A stretch of 64,000 bases of DNA from Candidatus Aenigmatarchaeota archaeon (GCA_018920185.1 JAHLMT010000001.1:9875-73874); one strand, 5' to 3'. Shown: positions 20,700 to 30,093, counted from the first letter of the stretch. Program-made: numbers and translations. The notes: a model not told the origin generated them from the sequence alone.

Positions 20700-20750
20700 C
20701 TACATAAACTTTAAATTGATGGAAAACACAATTCTACTACTGTTGGTTAG

Positions 20751-21506
20751 ATGAAAGTAACTATAATTGATCGCTCAGATTCAGAAATCAAGTTCTTCGT
20801 GGAAGGTATAAAACCACCTTTTGCAAATGAGCTCAGAAGGATAATGATGAATGAGATTCCTACCATGGCTATTGAATGGGTGGATTTTGTTAAAAACGAT
20901 TCTGTATTGAATGATGAAATTATTGCAAACCGATTAGGATTGATACCCTTGAAGTTTGACAAGAAAGCGTACAATACACCGAAAAATTGTAAATGCGAAG
21001 GTAAGGGATGTAGTTTATGTCAAGTAAGACTAACACTTAAAAAGAAGGGTCCCGGAATGGTTTATGCGGGAGACTTGAAATCTACGGCAAAAGATGTCGC
21101 CCCAGTGTTTGACAAGATACCAATAGTCGAATTGTTTGAAAATCAAGAATTACAATTCGAAGCTATAGCAACATTAGGATTAGGCAAAGAACATTCAAAA
21201 TGGCAAGCTGCTGTTGTTGGATATACTAATTTATTCGAAAGCAAGTCAAAAGCTAACGAAATGAAATTATGCGATAAACATTTGTTTCATGTAAAAGACG
21301 TGAAAGGAATTAAAGTCGATCCTTTACAATGTGAGTTGTGTGCATATTTAAACGAAGATGATAATAGATTCAAACTAATTGACGATAGTTTTCTTTTTAC
21401 TGTTGAAACAGCTTCTGGATTAGATGTTGAAGATATTATTATTGATTCGGCAGAAATTTTGGGGGAGAAGATAAAAGAATTTGATAAAGCTGTGAAGAAA
21501 TTATAG
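20751..21506 (+). CDS. rpoD: RNA polymerase subunit Rpo3 (D)
   Basis: ANELRRIMM, RLGLIPL, C.C..GC..C, HSKWQ. Confidence 0.95.
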   Translation: MKVTIIDRSDSEIKFFVEGIKPPFANELRRIMMNEIPTMAIEWVDFVKNDSVLNDEIIANRLGLIPLKFDKKAYNTPKNCKCEGKGCSLCQVRLTLKKKGPGMVYAGDLKSTAKDVAPVFDKIPIVELFENQELQFEAIATLGLGKEHSKWQAAVVGYTNLFESKSKANEMKLCDKHLFHVKDVKGIKVDPLQCELCAYLNEDDNRFKLIDDSFLFTVETASGLDVEDIIIDSAEILGEKIKEFDKAVKKL

Positions 21507-21665
21507 TTATTAAATTTACCCATGTAGACTAAGTTTTAATAGATCAAAATGACTTAAGGTTTATGCTGAGGGTAAAATTAAAGGATTGGCATTCAAAAAG
21601 TTAAAGGAGTGATTTTTAATATTTTGCCAAAGTTTAATAAAATCAAAATAACATCAAAAAAATAA

Positions 21666-21813
21666 GCAGGGGTCGCCTAGTCTGGTCAATGGCGCGAGAG
21701 GGGTATATCTTTAATTCCCTAGCGACGCTTAAGCATCAGACATTAAGCACTGATAAAAGATGAAGAAACCTCGTCGGTTAGTCCGTTCGTGAGTTCAAAT
21801 CTCACCCCCTGCA
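21666..21813 (+). tRNA. tRNA-Leu(TAA) with two introns: 30/31 (21699-21726) and 37/38 (21734-21767)
   Basis: GCAGGGG/CCCCTGC-A acceptor, long variable arm; splicing restores CGAGG-CTTAAGA-CCTCG. Confidence 0.85.
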
Positions 21814-22334
21814 TCCTGTTCTATTGTAGTGTGAAAAATGGAGCCTATCTAAAAGCCAAATTAAGAATAGAGGAAAGTAGTGCATTGGATGGTGATTTCG
21901 ATCCTTAAAGAGAAAGGAATCTTAGCTAAAAGCGAATACTTGTGACCTTAAAATTAAAAGATTTGGAAGATTGTTAAGGAAGAGAATAGTAAGGTTGAGT
22001 TAAATGAGTAAGAAATTACCGATATTATGTTTAATCTGCAAGGCTTTTATTAATTTTGGAATCCAGATCTTGAGCTATAGAGAATGCTGAGAAATTTTAC
22101 AATTTGAGAAAAATAGAAATAATTCATGAGAATAAGAAATTAAAAGATTATATTTGCTATCCTTGATATCAAAGAATTTTTGGTAAGTAGATAGCGTAGG
22201 TGCATGGTCCTAAGCAGTATTAGGAGCTATTCAGTAAGCTATTCTAAGGCAGTATAGATACTGTATCCTATTTTATCAGGTTAAAATTTCTTGAACCTAT
22301 AAAATTTAAGTATTATGTAACAATTAATTTAATT

Positions 22335-22403
22335 ATGAAGTTGGTTAGATTTAAAACAAAAAGAGGTAAAAAAGTAAGCTTCCTCGCAAGGGAAAGAAGG
22401 TGA
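22335..22403 (+). CDS. 22-aa basic micropeptide MKLVRFKTKRGKKVSFLARERR
   Basis: ATG about 30 nt after TTTAAGTA (leaderless geometry); shares its motif with 22820-22960. Confidence 0.65.
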   Translation: MKLVRFKTKRGKKVSFLARERR

Positions 22404-22406
22404 AGC

Positions 22407-22820
22407 ACGCCTCGAAACCCCTTTGATCTAGGAATAAAACCAATCCCAATCTGGGAAGAAGAAAAAGCTGGAGGAAAACGTAAAAAATTTTCACGAACAG
22501 ACGAAAAAGCTATCTACAGTAGATACAAAGGAAGGTGTGCTATTTGTGGGAGAAAAACAGAATTCTACGATGGTGAAGTAGATCATATTAAACCATTAGC
22601 AAAGGGTGGAAGCAATTCTCCTTCTAATTTACAATGGTTATGCCACAGATGCAATAAACTGAAAGGTAGCAAAAGGACAAATGCTCAGGTGAAAGAACTT
22701 CTAGGATTAAAAACAAAACGAGCTGCAAAACGAGCTAAAAAAAGAACAAAAAGAAAGAAACCCAAAGAGTATGATATTTTTGGTCTACCGAGAATTAAAC
22801 CTATAAGATTGGGGATTTGA
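22407..22820 (+). CDS. HNH endonuclease, 137 aa, apparent ACG start
   Basis: CAICG...EVDHIKPLAKGGSN...NLQWLCHRCN; no ATG/GTG/TTG before the domain; ACG 3 nt after AGGTGA. Confidence 0.85.
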   Translation, partial: TPRNPFDLGIKPIPIWEEEKAGGKRKKFSRTDEKAIYSRYKGRCAICGRKTEFYDGEVDHIKPLAKGGSNSPSNLQWLCHRCNKLKGSKRTNAQVKELLGLKTKRAAKRAKKRTKRKKPKEYDIFGLPRIKPIRLGI

Positions 22821-22960
22821 TGGCCAAAAGAGTAAGTTTCTTAGCTAGAACAAAAACTAAGAAAAAGATTTCTTTTATTGCTGGTGGGAGAAAGGTATCC
22901 TTTACCGCAAAGGTACCTTCCAAAAGAAGAAAGAAAGTTACATTTTATGCAACAAGATAA
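22820..22960 (+). CDS. 46-aa basic repeat micropeptide
   Basis: TGATG-coupled to the HNH stop; MAKRVSFLARTKTKKKISFIAGGRKVSFTAKVPSKRRKKVTFYATR. Confidence 0.75.
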   Translation: MAKRVSFLARTKTKKKISFIAGGRKVSFTAKVPSKRRKKVTFYATR

Positions 22961-23082
22961 ATTTAATCAAAGTTTAAATACTTATTCAGCCATACATCTA
23001 CTAAGTTAAGCGCATTACAGTAGAACTGGATTCTCACCCCCTGCATCCTAATAAATTAAGAACGTTAGAAGTAGATTTCATT

Positions 23083-23439
23083 TTAAAACTTCATCAAACT
23101 TTCAACAAGCTTTTGTGTAGCTTCTTGTGTAGTCTCATCAACAGGTTTGATAATTTCCTGTACCAACTTCTCAATAGTTTTTCTCTTCTCTTCTTCACCA
23201 ACAGCAACAATAGCTTTCCAAGGTTCTTGCACTTTTCCTAACAGTTCATTTGTTTTATTCAATTCTTTCTTCAATTCGACTAATGCAGTCCATAATTGTG
23301 CGATTTTGATATCGTCAGCTAAATTATAAGCAAACCTGTGTTTTTTTGTAGAATCCAATAACGTAGATAAGATCTGTTTGTCTTCGTCACTTAGTTCATC
23401 TTTCCAATCCTTCTTTTTCCTGAATAAAGCCATAATCAC
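23083..23439 (-). CDS. Hypothetical coiled-coil protein
   Basis: Clean ORF with host-like composition. Confidence 0.65.
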   Translation of the reverse strand: MIMALFRKKKDWKDELSDEDKQILSTLLDSTKKHRFAYNLADDIKIAQLWTALVELKKELNKTNELLGKVQEPWKAIVAVGEEEKRKTIEKLVQEIIKPVDETTQEATQKLVESLMKF

Positions 23440-23512
23440 AAATTGAAATTAATATTTAAATCTTTGAAACAAAAACAGAACCTTTTTAAATCTTCATCAC
23501 AAAAGAGAAAGA

Positions 23513-24181
23513 ATGAAAGAAGGGGATTTTGTCAACATAGAATTAACAGGAAGAATCAAGGACACAGGCGAAGTTTTTGATACTACAAGCGAGGAAATGG
23601 CAAAGCTTGCTGGAATATACGATGAAAAAACTAACTATGGTCCAATTCCTATAATAGTTGGCGCGCATCAGCTTATCCCCGGATTAGAAGATGAAATAAA
23701 AGAAATGAATGTGAGTGAGAAGAAGAAAGTGGAGCTAACTCCAGATAAAGCATTCGGTGAAAGAAACCCGAAGTTAATTAAAGTATTGTCAATGTCAATT
23801 TTTAAGGAGAGTCAAGCAGAACCTTCTCCAGGAAAAATTGTTAATTTCAATGGTGTCCAAGGGAGAATTCTCTCAGTCGACGGCGGGAGAGTAATAGTTG
23901 ATTTTAACCATCCACTTGCAAGCAAAACAATCGAATACGATGTTGAAATAAAGGAAGAAATCAATGAAATCAATGAAAAAATAAAATCGACTGTTAGATA
24001 TTTCACAGGTATAAAAAAGGATGATTCTCAAGTAACTGTAAATGGAAGTGAAACTACAATTAATGTACCAAAATTCGATATACCAAAACATATCAAACAG
24101 AATATTGCCGATACAATCATGAAATGGATTGATGGTATATCTAAAGTAAGCTTTGTCGACGTCTTTGAGAAGAAAAATTAA
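23513..24181 (+). CDS. Long-type FKBP peptidyl-prolyl isomerase
   Basis: VFDTT, IPGLE, AFGER, VDFNHPLA. Confidence 0.92.
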   Translation: MKEGDFVNIELTGRIKDTGEVFDTTSEEMAKLAGIYDEKTNYGPIPIIVGAHQLIPGLEDEIKEMNVSEKKKVELTPDKAFGERNPKLIKVLSMSIFKESQAEPSPGKIVNFNGVQGRILSVDGGRVIVDFNHPLASKTIEYDVEIKEEINEINEKIKSTVRYFTGIKKDDSQVTVNGSETTINVPKFDIPKHIKQNIADTIMKWIDGISKVSFVDVFEKKN

Positions 24182-24219
24182 GCATTTATCTTTAGCTTTA
24201 GAATTAATTATAAGATTCT

Positions 24220-25320
24220 ATGGGTATAAAGCAAATCTACGAGAGACCAGTTAGAACTACGACGTCAAACCCCTCTGATGAAGAAATCAAGGCTATAGTT
24301 GAAGCCAAAAGGACAAATATCAAAGTCGTTGGTTGTGGAGGAGCGGGAGGGAACACGATAACAAGATTAATGCAAGTTGGTATTACAGGCGCGGAGACTA
24401 TAGCATTAAACACTGATGCATTAGATTTGTTGCACACAGAAGCAGATAAAAAACTAGTCATTGGCAAGGAACTTACACAAGGGTTAGGTGCAGGTGCTAA
24501 TCCTCAAATTGGAATGGAAGCTGCAAAAGAGAGCAAGGAAGAAATTAAAAAACTGTTGCAAGGCGCAGATATGGTGTTTATTACTTGTGGTTTAGGTGGA
24601 GGAACTGGTACAGGAAGTGCACCTATAGTCGCAGATATAGCAAAAAAATTAGGGGCTTTAACAGTGGCAGTTGTGACACTACCATTCAGTATGGAAGGAC
24701 GGCAAAGAATGAACAATGCGAAAGAAGGGTTAAAGAATTTGGATGGTGTGGTTGATACATTGATAGTTATCCCAAATGATAAGTTATTAGAAATCGTCCC
24801 GGACGTTAGCATAGTGACAGCATTCAAAGTTGCGGATGAAGTTCTTGTTAATGCAGTCAAAGGTGTCACAGAACTTGTAACAAAGCCCGGATTAGTTAAT
24901 TTGGATTTTGCGGATGTTAGAGCGATAATGAAAGAAGGTGGATTAGCTATGATTGGTATGGGTGAAAGTAATTCGGAAAATAAAGCATTCGAATCAGTCG
25001 AACGCGCTTTAAATAACCCGCTGATAACGGTTGATATTAATGGTGCTAATGGGGCTTTGATTAATGTAGTTGGAGGACCCGAGATTACAATAAGAGAAGC
25101 CCAACAGATAGCTGAAGAAATATCATCGAGATTATCACCTGAAGCCAAAATAATTTGGGGGGTACAAGTTGACAAATCACTCGGTGACACAATTAGAACA
25201 TTACTTGTTGTTACCGGAGTCAAGTCACCACAAATATTTGGTCCCGAAAAGTCGTGGGAAAAACAAAGGAAGAAGGATATAGAAAAGATTCTAGGTGTAG
25301 ATTTCGTTGAAGTAGAATAA
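24220..25320 (+). CDS. ftsZ: Cell division protein FtsZ (FtsZ1 context)
   Basis: GCGGAGGN, GLGGGTGTG, NLDFADV. Confidence 0.97.
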   Translation: MGIKQIYERPVRTTTSNPSDEEIKAIVEAKRTNIKVVGCGGAGGNTITRLMQVGITGAETIALNTDALDLLHTEADKKLVIGKELTQGLGAGANPQIGMEAAKESKEEIKKLLQGADMVFITCGLGGGTGTGSAPIVADIAKKLGALTVAVVTLPFSMEGRQRMNNAKEGLKNLDGVVDTLIVIPNDKLLEIVPDVSIVTAFKVADEVLVNAVKGVTELVTKPGLVNLDFADVRAIMKEGGLAMIGMGESNSENKAFESVERALNNPLITVDINGANGALINVVGGPEITIREAQQIAEEISSRLSPEAKIIWGVQVDKSLGDTIRTLLVVTGVKSPQIFGPEKSWEKQRKKDIEKILGVDFVEVE

Positions 25321-25351
25321 ATTTAAATAACTATAAACAATCTTTGATGTT

Positions 25352-25522
25352 ATGAAAATAAAAGAAACCATCCAGAATTATTTAAGAATATTAGCCATAA
25401 CAAAAAGGGCTGATAAAGAAGAATTTATTGAAACAATTAGAATATGTGGAATTGGCATAGCCATAATTGGTTCAATAGGGTTTTTATTCTACCTTATATC
25501 GGCTTTAATCGGTGGTTTATGA
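25352..25522 (+). CDS. secE: Protein translocase SecE/Sec61-gamma
   Basis: Y.RIL..TKR.DKEEF.....ICGIGIAIIGSIGF; ftsZ-secE-spt5 synteny. Confidence 0.9.
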   Translation: MKIKETIQNYLRILAITKRADKEEFIETIRICGIGIAIIGSIGFLFYLISALIGGL

Positions 25523-25959
25523 TGATATACACAATAAAAACAGTTGTTGGAAGAGAAAATGTTGTGTTAGCTGCAATAGCAGCAAAGGCAAAGTCAGAGA
25601 ATTTGTCAATCCAAGCTCTTGTTCATCCAGAAGAACTCAAAGGATATATTTTTGTCGAAGGTGATCTTAATGATATTGAGAGAGCTATAAAAGGAATGCC
25701 ACATTCAAGAGGATTGATTAAAGAGCCTGTTGATATCTCTGCAATAGAGAGATTTTTACAACCGAGAAAAGCTGAAGTTGAGTTAAATGTAGGAGATATA
25801 ATTGAAATTATCGGAGGACCATTCAAAGGAGAGAAAGGAAAAGTAACAAGATATGATAAAGTCAAGCGAGAACTAACAATGGAACCTACTGAAACACCTG
25901 TACCTATTCCAATTACTGTATCGGTTGAATTTGTTAAAGTTTTGCAGAAGGCGAAATAA
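25519..25959 (+). CDS. spt5: Transcription elongation factor Spt5
   Basis: KTVVGRE, KGYIFVE, KOW GPFKGE; start MMIYT. Confidence 0.94.
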   Translation: MMIYTIKTVVGRENVVLAAIAAKAKSENLSIQALVHPEELKGYIFVEGDLNDIERAIKGMPHSRGLIKEPVDISAIERFLQPRKAEVELNVGDIIEIIGGPFKGEKGKVTRYDKVKRELTMEPTETPVPIPITVSVEFVKVLQKAK

Positions 25960-26261
25960 TGGCTAAGAAAGAACCGAGAAGCGAGACGGTCAAATTGATA
26001 AAGAAAGAGTTGAAAATTGATACAGCAAAAATTACTGAAGAGGATAAAGCTAAAGGAATAACCTTTGTTGCTGATGGGAAATTAGAGAGTGTTATTAAAA
26101 TTGCAAAGGAAAGAATGGATAAACTATCAGCAAAAGATTTGAAAGGCGCAGTTAAAATCATTCTTGGAACACTGAATTCAATGAATGGAGTTTTAATTAA
26201 TGGTAAAAGACCATCCGAAATTATTAAAGAAATCGATGAAAATAAAATAGAAATTGTTTAG
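25959..26261 (+). CDS. rpl11: Ribosomal protein uL11, C-terminal rRNA-binding domain only
   Basis: LIKKEL...VIKIAK....L.AKDLKGAVKIILGT..SM.GV.INGKRP.EIIKEIDE; follows spt5. Confidence 0.8.
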   Translation: MAKKEPRSETVKLIKKELKIDTAKITEEDKAKGITFVADGKLESVIKIAKERMDKLSAKDLKGAVKIILGTLNSMNGVLINGKRPSEIIKEIDENKIEIV

Positions 26262-26350
26262 TGGACTGGCCGAGATTCGAACTCGGAACATCTACCAGTA
26301 AAGTTCTATCGAAATGCCATGGTAGCGGTCTACCGTTGACCTACCAGCCC
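26262..26350 (-). tRNA. tRNA-Ala(GGC) with 17-nt canonical intron (26298-26314)
   Basis: G3:U70 pair, CTACC/GGTAG stem, TTCGAAT loop. Confidence 0.9.
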
Positions 26351-26353
26351 AAA

Positions 26354-26530
26354 TTATTCTTTCTTAGATTTCTTTTCTTGTTCCGTCCATTTTAATTTTT
26401 TCTTTTTTCTACCCATCATAAAATTCTTTTCACATTTACTTGAGCACCAATAAAATATCTCACCTGTATTCTTCACGAACATCTTTCCAGTACCCTTAGG
26501 TATATTCAATCCACAGAAGGAACATCTCAT
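26354..26530 (-). CDS. rpl24e: Ribosomal protein eL24
   Basis: MRCSFCG..IPKGTGKMFV...G...WCSSKCEKN. Confidence 0.93.
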   Translation of the reverse strand: MRCSFCGLNIPKGTGKMFVKNTGEIFYWCSSKCEKNFMMGRKKKKLKWTEQEKKSKKE

Positions 26531-26535
26531 TCTAA

Positions 26536-26745
26536 TTACCTGGTTTCCATCTTTCCAGCAGTTTCCATCTCAGTTTCTCTTAACATCAATATATCTTTTA
26601 CTCTAATAGGACCTATGACATTTCTAGTCAGGATTTTTCCTTTATCTGGACCCTCGAGAACTCTACATCTAACTTGCATCACACCCTTAACACCTGTCCT
26701 ACCGAGTAATTGCAATACCTCAGCAGGATAAGCTTCACCAGACAT
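26536..26745 (-). CDS. rps28e: Ribosomal protein eS28
   Basis: PAEV...GRTG..G..QVRCRVL, RNVIGP. Confidence 0.94.
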   Translation of the reverse strand: MSGEAYPAEVLQLLGRTGVKGVMQVRCRVLEGPDKGKILTRNVIGPIRVKDILMLRETEMETAGKMETR

Positions 26746-26749
26746 AAAA

Positions 26750-27121
26750 TCACTTTGATACCAGCTTGTTAACACTATCAATAATTTCTTTTATTAATTC
26801 TTTACTTTCACCAGGTTCTATTATACATACAGCAGCAGATGATACATCTAAACCAGCTGCCCTCCCCAATTCAGCTTTGTTTGGTACATAAACGTATGGA
26901 ACTTTTTTCTCCTCGCATAATGGTGGCAGATGCATTACAATCTCTTCTGGTTCAACATCACCTGCAATCACAATCAATTTGGCATCGCCTCTTTCTACAG
27001 ACTTTGTACTTTCGTTAGTACCTTTTCTTATTTTTCCAGTATTTCTTGCAATTTCTACTGCTTGTAAAACTTTGTCGCTCAATTCTTTCGGTACTTCAAA
27101 CTTGATATAAGATTTCGGCAT
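26750..27121 (-). CDS. rpl7ae: Ribosomal/K-turn binding protein L7Ae (eL8)
   Basis: [30 protein letters not shown]. Confidence 0.96.
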   Translation of the reverse strand: MPKSYIKFEVPKELSDKVLQAVEIARNTGKIRKGTNESTKSVERGDAKLIVIAGDVEPEEIVMHLPPLCEEKKVPYVYVPNKAELGRAAGLDVSSAAVCIIEPGESKELIKEIIDSVNKLVSK

Positions 27122-27169
27122 TCGATACCACATCCTTCTAATTCTATATAGAGAAAATGTTTAAATAGT

Positions 27170-28819
27170 TTATTTGTGTGCAAAATAAAATGTCATTTTT
27201 TTATCAAATTTTGCAAATCCTATACGTGGAAATTGTACAATACTACCTTTCTTTAAATTTTTAATTGCCGGTTCTGATAATGCATTTAATTCTTTACCAT
27301 CGGGCATTATTATTTTTATTTTTACATTGGGTTCTGATACCCAATGAATTTTCTGAATTTCATATTTCACATCTTTAGATGTCAATTCAGCGTTTTTCCC
27401 CAGTTTAATAGAGAAAAGATTCATTAGTCCAACCTCTTTATCGTGAAAATTTTCAAAATCTTTCCTTTCAATATAAATTTTGTTGACATTTACAGGAATT
27501 TTCCTGTAACCTCTACTTGGAAAATCTGGATGTAGCAAGGCTTTAGTAGATTTTACCTTCGCTTCTTTAACAGAAATCTTTACAGGATCTAATACACAGA
27601 AATATCTGTTTGAAATTCTATCGATTAATTTTCTATTTTCGGCATAAAGAATTTCAATAGGTACATTAACATCAGCTAAACTTAGACCCATACTAATAAT
27701 AAAATTTCTAATAGCTTCTGGTTGTATACCACGTTTTTCTAAAGACTGTAGACTCCATGTCCGTGGATCATCCCATCCTTTGTAAATTTTCTTTTCAATC
27801 AACTTTCTTGCTTCTGTTTTGCTCAGTTTAATTCCTTCAAGGTTCAGTATCCCGTAATGTAAAATTTCGGGCTTATTCCAACCCATGATATTCCAAATGA
27901 AGTCTTCAACCATATCTTCTATTACCAAATCTTTCCCTCGTAAAATATGAGTAACACCCAAAAAATGATCGTCAACAGCCCAACTGAATTCTAACATCGG
28001 CCATACTTTATATCTTTTATCTACTCTTGGATGTTTTCTTTCTACAATTCTTAACATAACTCTGTCTCTGAATGCAGGATTATGATGCTGCATATCAGTT
28101 TTTAATCTGACTGTTGCTTTACCTTCTTTGTATTTCCCCTTTAGCATTAACTTCCATTTTTCTAAATTAGTTTTAACTGACTGTTCACGGTGCTCACATG
28201 CAAGTCCTTTTATTCTATTTTCACGAAGAGTTTTAGGACTACATTCACAGACATAAAGAGCATTTTTATTTATCAATTCTTCAGCAACTTTATAAAACAA
28301 TTTTAATCTGTCAGATTTGTAAAAAACTTTATGATATTTCACATTAAGCCATTTTAACCCATCAATAATCATCTTGTAAGCTTCAGGAATTACAAACTTT
28401 TCTTCACTCCCAATTGTGTCATCAAAAACTAACAACAACTTTCCTTTATACTTTTTGACATATTCATCGTTCAAAATTACCATCCTAGCATTACCTATAT
28501 GTAAAGGTCCTGAAGGGTAAGGTGCCAACCTCATAACAACTTTTCCTGGTATAACATTGGATAATTCTGGCAGACCAAGTTGAACTATTTTTTCTTCTTC
28601 TAACTTTACACCTAGTTTGTTTAGAATAGTCTTTTGATCCTCTAGAGAAAGTGAATTAACATCAGCTATAATTTTTTGGGCTTCTTGAATGATATCCTTT
28701 ATTTTTTCTTTAAGCGATGGATTTTCAGCTATCACCTTTCCGATAACAGCTTGTAAGTCAGCTTTACCTTTATGTTCCACAGCATTTAACAAAGCATGTT
28801 TATAGATCAGATCTCGCAT
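27170..28819 (-). CDS. gltX: Glutamyl-tRNA synthetase
   Basis: RLAPYPSGPLHIGN, THILRGKD, KLSKT, GWDDPR. Confidence 0.95.
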   Translation of the reverse strand: MRDLIYKHALLNAVEHKGKADLQAVIGKVIAENPSLKEKIKDIIQEAQKIIADVNSLSLEDQKTILNKLGVKLEEEKIVQLGLPELSNVIPGKVVMRLAPYPSGPLHIGNARMVILNDEYVKKYKGKLLLVFDDTIGSEEKFVIPEAYKMIIDGLKWLNVKYHKVFYKSDRLKLFYKVAEELINKNALYVCECSPKTLRENRIKGLACEHREQSVKTNLEKWKLMLKGKYKEGKATVRLKTDMQHHNPAFRDRVMLRIVERKHPRVDKRYKVWPMLEFSWAVDDHFLGVTHILRGKDLVIEDMVEDFIWNIMGWNKPEILHYGILNLEGIKLSKTEARKLIEKKIYKGWDDPRTWSLQSLEKRGIQPEAIRNFIISMGLSLADVNVPIEILYAENRKLIDRISNRYFCVLDPVKISVKEAKVKSTKALLHPDFPSRGYRKIPVNVNKIYIERKDFENFHDKEVGLMNLFSIKLGKNAELTSKDVKYEIQKIHWVSEPNVKIKIIMPDGKELNALSEPAIKNLKKGSIVQFPRIGFAKFDKKMTFYFAHK

Positions 28820-28840
28820 ATCAATTAGAGAATTGGTAAA

Positions 28841-29665
28841 CTAATAAAATATTACTGAAGCATATCCAGTTACTTCTCCTTCGTCCAAAGCAGCAGACGT
28901 TCCGTATTTCAATACTTCAGCTTTCTTAGCACCTAATTCTTTTGCAACTGATATAGTAGTTGCAATTACAGCATAACCACAAACATTTGCATTCAATTCG
29001 TTAACAGCTTTCAAAAATCCCCTACTGTCTAACTTCTTGATATACCGTAACAATATTTTATCAATCCTTTCAGTTTTTTCTTCTTCAATGTTTCTTGACA
29101 AGTCAGAGCTCCCAATTAATTTCCAACCTCCTTCTTTTTTCATTAGCTTAGCGATAGAACTACCAACAAGTCTGCAGTTTTCTAAAAGAGTTTCATCTGG
29201 TATCTGATTGTTAATAAGAAGAGGTAATATTTTTACATCACCAAACTTGTGCAAAAGAAATGGCAGTTGAACTTCAATAGAAAATTCATCTTCATGTGGT
29301 ATAGCGTCAAATTCAATTAAATTAGATTCCCTCAATAATTTATCTGCAAAATTATCGTCAACAAGAACCTCGCCTATTGGAGTTTTCCATAAGCTATTCT
29401 TTGTTAAAGCAAAATTAGCTCCTGTCAAAGAATGATTGCTCCCAATTATGACAAAGTTTGATTTGGTTAAATTAACAAAAGAGTATGCAGCTATTTGACC
29501 CGAATGGATATATGGAGAGTGTGGAACCAGCCTTACTAAGGCGTCTGCTTTCTTGGATTTCACTACAGCATTTCTAAAATAAAAATCCAATTGCTTCCTA
29601 AGCATATTTGGGTCTAATTCGTAGAAAGTCCCGGCAGCTATCGGCGGACGAAGAATTACAGCCAT
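28841..29665 (-). CDS. MEMO1-family protein (AmmeMemoRadiSam protein B), divergent
   Basis: RPPIAAGTFY, PH..Y.HSG, SIEVQLPFL, SSDLS, VCG, VTGYAS. Confidence 0.88.
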   Translation of the reverse strand: MAVILRPPIAAGTFYELDPNMLRKQLDFYFRNAVVKSKKADALVRLVPHSPYIHSGQIAAYSFVNLTKSNFVIIGSNHSLTGANFALTKNSLWKTPIGEVLVDDNFADKLLRESNLIEFDAIPHEDEFSIEVQLPFLLHKFGDVKILPLLINNQIPDETLLENCRLVGSSIAKLMKKEGGWKLIGSSDLSRNIEEEKTERIDKILLRYIKKLDSRGFLKAVNELNANVCGYAVIATTISVAKELGAKKAEVLKYGTSAALDEGEVTGYASVIFY

Positions 29666-29787
29666 AAATTAAAATTTATATGTGAAAGATTAATCTTTTG
29701 ATAAGTATTTTGTAAGGTATATATTTTTAAGTAAATGAATAAGTATAAATATTCTTTTTAGTTAAATCTAATAAAGGTCTGATTTAA

Positions 29788-30093
29788 TTGACGATAAAAT
29801 CAAAACTCAACCCAAAGATATTTTTTAGAATTAAACCTGTTAAGATGCTTACTTCTTTAAAAAGTGGTCCTAAATATGCAACAATTATCGCAAAAGAAAC
29901 AGATTGTACATATTCCCATACAGTTAAGATATTAGATTTGTTCAAAGAATATGGTTTAGTTGATTTTGAAAAGAAAGGCAGAATAAAAATTGTTAAGCTC
30001 ACAGAATTCGGTGATGAAGTAGCAAAAGGAATGGATGCCCTTTTAACTAAATTAAGTCGGATTAAAGAAAAGGATGTGACATATGGCAAATAA
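29788..30093 (+). CDS. Winged-helix DNA-binding protein
   Basis: IAKETDCTYSHTVKIL...GLV..EKKGRIK.VKLT. Confidence 0.85.
   Translation: MTIKSKLNPKIFFRIKPVKMLTSLKSGPKYATIIAKETDCTYSHTVKILDLFKEYGLVDFEKKGRIKIVKLTEFGDEVAKGMDALLTKLSRIKEKDVTYGK

Larger units (their letters stand above)
21800..23049. mobile_element. 1.25-kb mini-island integrated at the tRNA-Leu 3' end, no integrase of its own
   Basis: 18-bp direct repeat TCTCACCCCCTGCATCCT at 21800-21817 (tRNA 3' end) and 23032-23049. Confidence 0.85.

Noticed and set aside
24237-25223. Long antisense ORFs such as 24504-25223, 53335-53799 and 33-425
   Set aside because: Shadow frames of well-supported genes on the opposite strand.
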